The notes under the pieces: generated by a model
Databases searched by the model: none
Seen by the model: only the letters and a program-made list of their open reading frames with translations
Told to the model about the DNA's origin: nothing
NCBI RefSeq assembly: GCF_009914755.1
Contig: NC_060925.1
Length of the DNA: 64,000 nucleotides
DNA from: the human T2T-CHM13v2.0 reference genome, Homo sapiens
Reading direction: 5' to 3' (one strand)
Shown: positions 30,401 through 40,288 of the stretch, piece by piece
Position numbering within the stretch: position 1 is the stretch's first letter
How the letters are laid out: every line of letters starts with the position of its first letter
Translations under genes and position numbers: made by a program

Positions 30401-31367
30401 TAGAGTGGAAAAAAGAGAGGCAACAAAATGAAGGAGATCTGGGTTTGAATCCATCTAGACACTACTATTTTTTTTTTCTGACCTGACCAATTTACGTAAC
30501 CTCTTGGAGCCTAGCTTTCTTTATCTGTAAAATAAGGATTACAACACCAGTCACATCGGGCTACTGTGAAGATTAAGCAAACAATTTTTAATGTAATTTA
30601 AAATTTAAACCCAACTAGTATTCGTGTTCTACTTATTTAAAAATAAGCCCAACTACCTAGTTATTTAAGTATAAACAGAACAAGTTTCTGTTCATTTATT
30701 CCATAGTCGTTGGGCACATCCTGCACATACAGTATCGTATAAGGTATGAAGATGATGTACATGAATATATATTGCAAGTTTCCTGCATATAATCTAGTTA
30801 GGAAAATATTATGTAAAGTAAAGGAGCAATGCCAATGTTTAGTAATGTGTATTAAACACAGAAGGTATTTAGGTGGGGTGGGGGAAGGGGTTGTCACTTT
30901 TTATTTTATACACTTCCGTATCGTTTGAATTTCTAAAAAAAAAGTTTGTATCAGAATTGTTAACAAAAAATGAATAAGAGAAAATAAATGTTTAGAAGGT
31001 GTCAAAGATGTTAATCATCCTTTAGAAGCTCTTAAAATGAATGTAGTCATTAAACATCAATCATATGCTTTCGTGCAGAGGACTGTGTTATACCCTGAGA
31101 TTGAATAGTGGAATGGGTAAGCCCCTGCTTTCAAGGAAATTTCACTCTAGTGGGAGAGATGAACACGTGGAGATTTGTAACACAGCACTTCAAGAGGGGC
31201 GTTTAAAGAGTACTGAGGGAACACGAGCTTCCTGAGAGAAAGGGACCTCTGAGTGGATGTCACTTTTAAGATGGATCCTAATGCATGAGGAGAGTCTACA
31301 GGACAAATGAATAGAACACATTCTCCAAACAGGGAGTGAAAGTAGCACCTGCAAAGGTATGAAAAGC

Positions 31368-31768
31368 ATATGTGATATGTATTTCATATGTGGTATGGGT
31401 TTGTATGTAAGTGCATAGATGTGAGTGTGTGTGAGGCTGCATATGATGTGTGTGGGTAGGTGTGCATGTGTGAGTATGGTAGTGAGTGATGTAGGTGTAA
31501 TGCTGTGTATATGTGTGCGAAGGCATGTCTAATGCTGTGTATATGTATAGAAGGCTGTGTGTGATGCTGTGTGCATGTGGGGGGTGTTTGTATTTATGAA
31601 TGTGTGAAATTGTGTGTGAGTGGTGTGAATGTAATGCGTACGCATGTATGTCAGGGTGTGTGTGACTCTGTGTGTGAAGGTGTGTGTGTATGTGCATAAG
31701 TGTGTAGGTGTGTGGGTGTGAGGGTAGTGTGTGTGTACGGTGTGAGCATGTGTGTGTGTTGTGTGTCA
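31368..31768. repeat. About 400-bp degenerate (TG)n low-complexity tract
   Basis: Direct sequence; source of the His/Thr-rich spurious ORF 31296-31904. Confidence 0.9.
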
Positions 31769-34700
31769 CAGGAACATGAGGAGGGAGTAAGACGGCCAGA
31801 TGGTGAAAGGCCTTGAAGTCTATAGTCAGGAATTTGAACAGTATGCCTTGGGCAATAGGGAGCACTTTATGTTTTTGATCTGGGAGTAACACGATCAAAG
31901 CCATGTTCTAGAAAGATGTGTCACATCTGTGGAAGGGCCCATACTGGAGGCCAGGAGATGAGCTGGGAGGCTCTGAGGATGGGCCAGAATGGGGGCAAGG
32001 AGGCTGGAGAGGAGAAGATTAATTGAAATCATTTTGTCATCACTGCTACTTCTGGGTGGCATGTAAGGGTGTTTACTATTCATTTTTCATTTCCCCCCCC
32101 GCCAGGTTAAATAAATAAATAAATAATACATGACTGTAGAAGTTGTCCATTCGATGGAAGACAGGTCTGAAAACAAGCCAAAAAAAACACCTCCTCCAAA
32201 GTTGTTGAGAAACCCAGCCTGTCCAAATGGAGTACCCAACTTGACCCAAGCAAGAGCACACTCTCCAGGTTATACAAAGCATGTCTGCTAGGCAAACAGC
32301 TCCCCTCCCAGCACCAACAGCACACCAACAACTGGAGTCTCCAGTCATGGATGAATGGAGAAACAGAGTTCGTGACTTTCTGTGGTACAATGTGTATTTC
32401 ACAAATAATTGTCTTATCATGTCAAAGCTAAGTCCAGGCTGCAAGTCTACCTGGAATGTGTCTTGTGCAGTTTGAGATTTTCCTTTACATTTTTTCTAAG
32501 CCGGGGGTAAGACTGGTCTTGCTTCATGCGGGCTCTGGTCGCTCCCTCTTAGGGCTAGTATTTCCCTCTCTGCTTTTCCTTCCCTTCCTGCATCTCTCCC
32601 TTCTCCTCACCACCACCCTCCCCACCCCACCCCCACCTCCCACCGAGTTCTCTGTCTCTGCTTCCTCTTTCCCACTGTCTGGTTGTATTTGAAGACTTAA
32701 GCTATCTCTGTCTCTCTATTTCTCTTAGCTCTGCCCCCTACCCACTCCTTCCTTTGCCTCTTCCCCTCTCTTCTTTCCTCTCTCCCTATATTCTCACCCT
32801 GCATCCCTTCCTGGTATGTACAAAAGATTCCATTTTTAAAAAGGAGCAAGGCTTTTGCTAGCACAAGAATCTGATCGACAAATGTGGTCACTGTAAGGCA
32901 ACTAGCTGAGTCCAAATTCAAGAAAAAAAAAAAATCTTGTCAAAGAGAGAGTGCTGAATGGTGGCCATTCATTTTGAGGGAGGTGGGTGAATCCTGTGGC
33001 TCCCAGTTGTCCCTGCACACCAGTATCACCAGGCAGTCTTCCAGCTGGGAAATCCCTATTTGCCAATAAGCCCTGGCGAGCCCCCATTCCTTTCCACTGG
33101 GAGCGAGGTGGCACTGCTGCTGTCACATTGCATGTACTGCTCAGCTACTCCTTCCGCTCAGCTCAGAAAAAGAAAAAGCCATAAAATTCAGAATCAGCTA
33201 ATGTCAGCACTGCAGGGGATTTCAGAGATCTCTTGGTCCAACCCTTGTCAGGTCACTGGTGGAGAGACTGGGGCCCCACGTCGCTAAATGCCAGGGAGAT
33301 CTATTATTAGAAAACCTAGACCTAGGACCTGTTGCAAAAATCCCTCTGCCCTGGGAACACCTCTAGATTTTGAACAGAATCTGAACAGAAATCTACTATC
33401 TAGCATCAAACGTACAAGCAGATAGAAGAAGCTTAAAATAGAGACAGAAAGCGGTTCAAATGCACATCGTGCAGGTATGAAATCCACTACATGTCCCCTG
33501 CAAGAAGGATTTGGGCAGGGAAGTGTGTGGAAGATGGGGCTGCAGTGGTGGAGGGCTCTAAGCTCTGAAGACCTTTTTAATATGGCTGTGTTGTAATACT
33601 GCAGTGACAAACCCCGCCAGTCATTCCAAAAGCAAAAGGAAACCCCACTCTGCAGCAGAACTTCCCAGCCCTGGAAACAGATTGTCTTCCTTTTGCACCC
33701 ATTTAATAACCACTGTATTTAACACGATCAGGGGAATTGTGCATTCTCGGAAGGCACAGTAAGGAACCTCGGTCTGCAACGACGCGATTCCTCAGACACC
33801 AAACTAAAATGCATTCATTGGAACTCAGCCTCCCAAAGCGGAAGCAAAGCCACTGCAAGGCGATTTACAGGCAAGAGCCCCTCTGAAAGAGAGGAAAGGA
33901 GGGGGCTTGGAAAGCAAGGGGACACACCTTTTCTGAGCTGTTCGAAACAGGCTGCCTGCAAAGTCCACCCATACTGCGCTGCCAAGGGTTAATTTTCTCA
34001 GCAAAAATTGGTACACGCACACACACACACATTCTCTCTCTCCTACTGCACCCCCACAACCTCTGCCACCACCACATATTTGAATCTTTTTAATCTTAAA
34101 TTCCCAGAAATTCCCTGATCAGCCCTATCTTTTCGGAACAGCTCCCCCCGCCCCGCCCCACACCCCACCTGGGCTGGATTCCCACCTCATCATCAGTGAA
34201 AGCTCAGAGAGCCGGGCATAATTATTTTCCTACAAGGTTATGCCTAATTGGTCACTAATCTAATTGATCAATCATCTCATTTTTCAAAGCAGCATCAAAG
34301 AGCCAAGCTGAGAGGGCAGAAAGAAAGCATGCGTCCGGATGGCGGGAGGGTTAAAATTACAGTCTTTGGGTAAGACCCCTGGCCAGCTTGCCTGGTTTCT
34401 AGATACATAAGTGGACAGAAAAGAAATGAAGAGAACGCGGACTGAGCGAGGAAATGCTCAAGACCACAGGACTGAACCCCCCGGAAGTCTCGACGCTGCC
34501 CAGCCAGCCAGAGTCCAGTCGTCGACGCGGATGAAGTTGTTTCCCCGGGACAGGAAGGGTTAAATGGCTGCGCGTCAACTCGGCCTCGACTGGGGTGTCA
34601 GGGAGCAAGAGCCGCTTGTCTCGGGGGATTCCGCTTGGGGGGTTCCCAGGGGTCGCCCTGGCGCTCCGGCCACAACTTGGGCGGCTCTGTGCGGCGGCCC

Positions 34701-35074
34701 TCGCCTGCGCCTTTGCGCGCCACCCAAAACTTTGCGCACACTGCAGCCGCCGCCTTCCCGCTCTTCGCGGTGAGACGCGCGCCGCCAAGTGCCGCAGGCA
34801 GCCCTCCACAGCCGCCGCGGCAGCCGCTGCCTGGCTTCTGGCTCCAGACTTTTCCCCCACTGCCTCCAGTTCCCACCCAGGAGGCTCCCTCGCGGCCGCG
34901 AGAGCTCGGCGCCCGACCCACAGTAGGCAGTGCGGGCACAGTGTTGCAGACCACCACCTCGCCAGGTCCGGGCAGCGCCCACTAGACGGACAGGCGCCCG
35001 CGGCCGCCCCTACCCCGGCGCGCCCACCTCGAGCCTCTCACGCCGCGGCGGGCGGGCGCAACATATTCTCCTAC

Positions 35075-35345
35075 CTCCAGCCGCCGAGGACCACACTCTC
35101 CGCTCAGCCCTCTCGACTCATCCTCCGGCTGCAGTAGAGGGCGAGCGGGCTCCGCTTTTGTTCCCTGGGGCTGGCAGGTCCGTGTGGGGCCAGGGCGCGC
35201 GGGAGACGCCGCGGAGCTGGGTATCCCGGAGAGGGGATGCTCACTCCTAGCGGCTCCGCTGGCAGCAGTAGTGGCGGTGGCAGCAGAGGCAGCGGTAGCA
35301 ACAGCAGCAGTAGCAGCAGCAGCAGCAGTAGAGATAGTGCCGGCT
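35075..35345 (-). other. DAB1: Putative non-coding first (5'UTR) exon, tentatively DAB1
   Basis: Minus-strand donor CTGGAG|GTAGGAG (exon ends 35075); TATA-like element about 30 nt upstream of ~35345; contains a CTG-rich tract. Identity inferred from the recalled position of a VKORC1 pseudogene about 21-22 kb inside the DAB1 5' region; no DAB1 coding sequence is in the window. Confidence 0.5.
35262..35331. repeat. Interrupted (CAG/CTG)n trinucleotide tract, longest pure run (CAG)5 at 35314-35328
   Basis: gcagcagtagtggcggtggcagcagaggcagcggtagcaacagcagcagtagcagcagcagcagcagtag. Confidence 0.9.
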
Positions 35346-36061
35346 CTCTGCAGGCCACATCTTTCATACCTTATACATCACTACCGCATTCCCCCGAATA
35401 GGGGAGCCCCTCAGCATTTCGCCACCTAGCGCGGAATGCTGCTGCAGGAAGAGGTGGCGCGGCCTGACCGACCTGGCCTGAATGTGAGCTCTGAGGGGGA
35501 AGGACCTCAGCACCCACTCGCAGACTCCCTTCTCCGCTACGGTCACAGTGAGGTCTACAACTTGCAGCCATTCTGCAGTCTTCAGTTTGCAGTTCTCAGT
35601 GTCTGCTCCCCTGGGAAGTATGGACTTCAGGTTAAGCAAAAGTGATTTACTGGGGAGAGCCCTCTCTGTGCTGCCTCTAGGGTCTTGGCCTGCACGTGCT
35701 TTTACACAGCCTCCTCCTTCTTGGGGTGTTCACAGGTGCAAGATTTTGCAGCAGCAGACACACACTCTTCTGCAGGTACATAAACCCCTGAGACATGTTA
35801 TGCACACCCCACAATCAAGTGTGTCGGCACTGAAGCAGGCAGACCAGGGTTTCAGTTGTAGCTGTGTGGTCTTATCAAACGACCAAATGATTGAGCTTCC
35901 ATTTCTTCATCTACAAAATGGGAACCATATGTCTCATATAATTGTGAGAATCACATGAGACAAGCACAGAGCTTGACACATGGTAAGTGATAGCAAAACA
36001 TGAGTTTTTCTTCCTTCATCTGATGCAGGTCTGCCCTTCCTGAGGTAATTATATATCAGTA

Positions 36062-36725
36062 ACAATTCACTCATCAATAAATATTTTTGTGTGCTTACTA
36101 TGAGCCTACCTCTACTTTATGGAGAGGAGCAGAACATTCAAAAGAACACAGACAAGTAATGTTTATTCTCTTGTAACCTGCTCTTTAGTAAGACGGAAAA
36201 TAAACAAGTAAATCAGCAAGAAACTATTGGATAGTAATAATCGCTATTGACCAAAATTTAAGTAGATGGCGACATGTGATAGAAAATGACTAGGGTAGGA
36301 CATCAGGCTGGGCATTTGGGAAAGAGGCCTCCAAGCACATGACCACTAATCTGAGATCTGTATGATAAGGAACCAGTCATTAGAAATAGAGGGAACAAGA
36401 GCCAAGGCCCTGAAGAAGGAACAGGTTGAATGTGTTTGAATAGCAGAAGGAAGGAAGTGTGGCTAGAATGTAGCAAGAGTGATGAGTTGGTGACACGAGA
36501 TGAGGTGGAGAGGTTGAAGAGGGAGGCTGGTCTTATGGGTAAAGATCAGTAAGGGAAATTGACTTGATGCTAAGTTTGGAGTTTTGGGGGTTAGAGATGT
36601 AACTGTTACAGGATTGGAAAGAGTGTGATTTTTATTTGTAAAAGCTCACTCCAGCTGCTGTGCAGAGAATGTACTGAAGGGGGCGTGGGTGGAAGGAGAG
36701 GATCCAATCAGAGTGTCCCACAGTG
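36062..36725 (-). mobile_element. L2 LINE fragment
   Basis: Begins 'attcactcatcaataaatatttttgtgtgcttactatg' (reverse of the L2 tail), followed by purine-rich L2 body. Confidence 0.65.
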
Positions 36726-38149
36726 CTGAATAAAAGTCCCTTTCAAGTTCCCTGACCTCCACAACCACAGCAACTTCCCCTCTGCCTGTAGTTCCGCTAG
36801 GAAAAAAAGGCCACTGGACAGCTACCCTGGGGGTCTGGGTATGAGTTTCTCCTACCACTCTCTGAGTATCCTTTTCCTTAACTGGAAAATATAAATAATA
36901 ATCTATATATTCTCATACAAGTATTGTGAGGATGAAATGTGACAAGGAAGGCACCTAAGGTGCTAAATGACCATTAATTTCATGTTCAACATTTCTCTAC
37001 TTTCAGGTCTTCAAGGAGCCTCTGGAGTGCTCCTATAACCCTTCTGTCCTGTCCAGGACCAGGCAGGGGTTGCCTGTTTGTTGAGTCCATGAAAAGCTTC
37101 TCTCAGCATCTGGGATGCTTGCATTAGTAATGCCAGCCCCTGAACCCATCTGTCTTTTTCTCAAGCAGGAAACATTTCGAGCAGGAAAGATTTTCATTTT
37201 GTTTAGGTCTTTTCAATTTTTTCCTGTCTGCCACCTTCATCTAGTTAGAAGCATGCAGGACATCATCATATAAAGCACTCAAGATATAAAAATAGAAAGG
37301 AAAACAGAGCTGTTTGGGGATGTGTAGAGCCAGAGATGGCAAGAAAGGGAAACAGACAGTCCTTTCTCTCTTAGCAACAGGAGGAAAGGTTTTCGGCTGA
37401 GACACGTGATAATTTCTGATATCAGTATAGTGTAACAGATTCCAGAGGCCTCCAGGATCTTGCTCCCCACTGCTACCACAGAAACTCAATGAGATAAAAC
37501 AGGCATGATTTGATATTGCCCCCCTTTGACAGATGAGAAAGCTAAACCCCAGACAGGTGAAGTAGCAGAGCTGGAACTTGGACCCAGGTGCTCTTGACTT
37601 TCTCCTTCTCTAAGCCCAGGTGCTTCAAATGACCCCAACCCTAATGGTGTTGCCTAATTCCCAGGGCCCCGAAGCACTTATCCAATTGAGACCCAGAACT
37701 GTAGATCGCCAAGACAGTCAACTCATTCCCTTGTGCCCAACTCAATGTATTGCACTTCTCTCCATCTTTTCCGAGCTAGTTTCTCCAACTCCAAAACTAG
37801 TATATTGAAGTCCAGATAGGGATCTTAAATGTTAAGTGGTCATAGAAACTTACTCACTACTGCTGGGTTGGAAATCAGGGAGAGAACAGATGCTAGTGGA
37901 TGTACCTTTGGGTTGCTGCATGGGAATCAGAGAGAATGTGAGATCTGACTTCGAACCTCTCCTGTCATTTATTGTGTTTTCTAAGCAAGTTATGAACCTC
38001 TCAAAGTTTTAATTACCTTATCTAAAAAATTGAATCACTATCTGCCCCAGGAGCTGTGAAGACTAAAGGAAATGCTCTAAGGATTTGCTCATTTATCTAT
38101 CTATGTTCTTAAATATTGGTATCATTTTCTTCTCTCCTGCCAACCCCAC

Positions 38150-38378
38150 CACCACTGGCAACTGGTTAACAACTGACTCTGATTGTTGTTAACAAGCCTG
38201 ATTAACAATAAAGCCCTGAGTCATGGCATTTGCCAATTTCCTGAGTGTAAATATCCTCCCCTTGGCTGATTTCAAGTTACCAAAAAAGTGTGTCACTGAA
38301 TGTGGAATTAAGAAGAGGTGTGCACGGTCAGTTATTGTGAGTCTGTACTACCAGCTGGACCCATCACATCACCACTGA
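38150..38378. mobile_element. MER63-like hAT-Blackjack DNA transposon relic
   Basis: 'ggttaacaactgactct...tgccaatttcctgagtgtaaata...ggctgatttcaagttacc...caccactg' resembles MER63. Confidence 0.6.
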
Positions 38379-39216
38379 TAAAAATCAGCCTCAAATAGTT
38401 GGGCTGCCCTTGACAGTTTAGAGAGCACTTTATTTTACGTTATTTCCTGTGATATTCACAAGAATCCTTGAAGGGAAATGATCATCCCTATTTCCCCAAC
38501 TGACAGATGGTAAAACTGAGAACCAGAGAGATTGAGTGACTTGCTCAAAGACCAACAGCTAACTAGTAAGAGTTAAGATTCAATCCTGAGCCTTCTGGCT
38601 CCAAATCTAGGGATCCTTCTACGCTCTGTACCATACATTACCTGGGTGATCACTGCACAAGCTCTGCAAATGTCTTTCTCTTTCAGGGCCATGATACTAG
38701 GACCTGAGCTTCTGTTTTTCAACTGGACAGGCAGGAATAGTCATCCCAGCCCTTCGCAGATACCCTGAGAATCAAATGAGATAATGCAGATGAAAATAAT
38801 TTGTAAAGCACCCTACAAGGATAAAAGTATGAATATTATAGTTAGTGGCTGGAGAAAAAATATGGAAACAACAAATCCCAAGCCCTAGAGTAACTTATAA
38901 ACCACAGAGGAGGCAGGACCACCCTGCACACATTCACCACATTCACTTCAGATCCACACTCAAGGGGAAACATGCAATAAGATATTGACTCAGATCCTTT
39001 TTAAACGTATATTAGTATAAAGACAATGGGAATGTGAAGGATAAAATGATGTAATTTTAATTACAGGCATAGCCAGAGTTGTTCAGAAACCTTGTTGCTT
39101 TTCTCTCTTGCTGTTTGTAGAAATACAGTCATTTCCTACTCCAGTGCTGCCCCCTACCCCACCCACCTCCTTTGAGAGAGGTCGAGATCAACAGCTTAAG
39201 GCAAAGGGAATTTATT

Positions 39217-40140
39217 TATTTTTTTTTCTATTTTTTTTTTATTATACTTTAAGTTTTAGGGTACATGTGCACATTGTGCAGGTTAGTTACATATGTATAC
39301 ATGTGCCATGCTGGTGCGCTGCACCCACTAACTCGTCATCTAGCATTAGGTATATCTCCCAATGCTATCCCTCCCCCCTCCCCCCACCCCACCACAGTCC
39401 CCAGAGTGTGATATTCCCCTTCCTGTGTCCATGTGATCTCATTGTTCAATTCCCACCTATAAGTGAGAATATGCGGTGTTTGGTTTTTTGTTCTTGCGAT
39501 AGTTTACTGAGAATGATGGTTTCCAATTTCATCCATGTCCCTACAAAGGACATGAACTCATCATTTTTTATGGCTGCATAGTATTCCATGGTGTATATAT
39601 GCCACATTTTCTTAATCCAGTCTATCATTGTTGGACATTTGGGTTGGTTCCAAGTCTTTGCTATTGTGAATAATGCCGCAATAAACATACGTCTTTATAG
39701 CCGCATGTGTCTTTATAGCAGCATGATTTATAGTCATTTGGGTATATACCCAGTAATGGGATGGCTGGGTCAAATGGTATTTCTAGTTCTAGATCCCTGA
39801 GGAATCGCCACACTGACTTCCACAATGGTTGAACTAGTTTACAGTCCCACCAACAGTGTAAAAGTGTTCCTATTTCTCCACATCCTCTCCAGCACCTGTT
39901 GTTTCCTGACTTTTTAATGATTGCCATTCTAACTGGTGTGAGATGATATCTCATAGTGGTTTTGATTTGCATTTCTCTGATGGCCAGTGATGATGAGCAT
40001 TTTTTCATGTATTTTTTGGCTGCATAAATGTCTTCTTTTGAGAAGTGTCTGTTCATGTCCTTCGCCCACTTTTTGATGGGGTTGTTTGTTTTTTTCTTGT
40101 AAATTTGTTTGAGTTCATTGTAGATTCTGGATATTAGCCC
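39217..40140 (-). mobile_element. Young 5'-truncated L1 (L1PA2-like), about 0.92 kb
   Basis: ORF2 C-terminus and 3'UTR with GAG diagnostic (GATGACGAGTTAGT); perfect 17-bp TSD ggcaaagggaatttatt at 39200-39216 and 40141-40157. Confidence 0.96.
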
Positions 40141-40257
40141 GGCAAAGGGAATTTATTAAGGCAAAGACAGAGGCGTTTGTCACTTGGCAGTCCAGAGTGA
40201 AGCCAGTTCTTTTCTATTGATGATGTCATCACGTCTGTGAACTCTCTTGCTTGCTTG

Positions 40258-40262
<5 letters not shown>

Positions 40263-40288
<26 letters not shown>
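40263..40288. repeat. (TC)n microsatellite
   Basis: Direct sequence. Confidence 0.9.

Larger units (their letters stand above)
34400..35540. promoter_or_regulatory. CpG island / promoter, tentatively the distal DAB1 promoter
   Basis: Abrupt rise in GC and CpG density (many CGCG/GCGC) in otherwise CpG-depleted DNA; TATA-like TGTATAAG on minus strand at ~35370-35377. The island itself is clear; the gene assignment is inference. Confidence 0.85.

Noticed and set aside
31296-31904. 202-aa His/Thr-rich ORF
   Set aside because: Translation of the degenerate (CA)n tract.
34399-35250. Long Ala/Arg/Pro-rich overlapping ORFs (106-180 aa) in the CpG island
   Set aside because: Expected from stop-codon scarcity in GC-rich DNA; open in several frames on both strands, mostly with non-ATG starts and no recognisable domain.
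38167-38195. Inverted repeat GTTAACAAC...GTTGTTAAC
   Set aside because: Short (9-bp stem) and inside a DNA-transposon relic; no support for an RNA gene.
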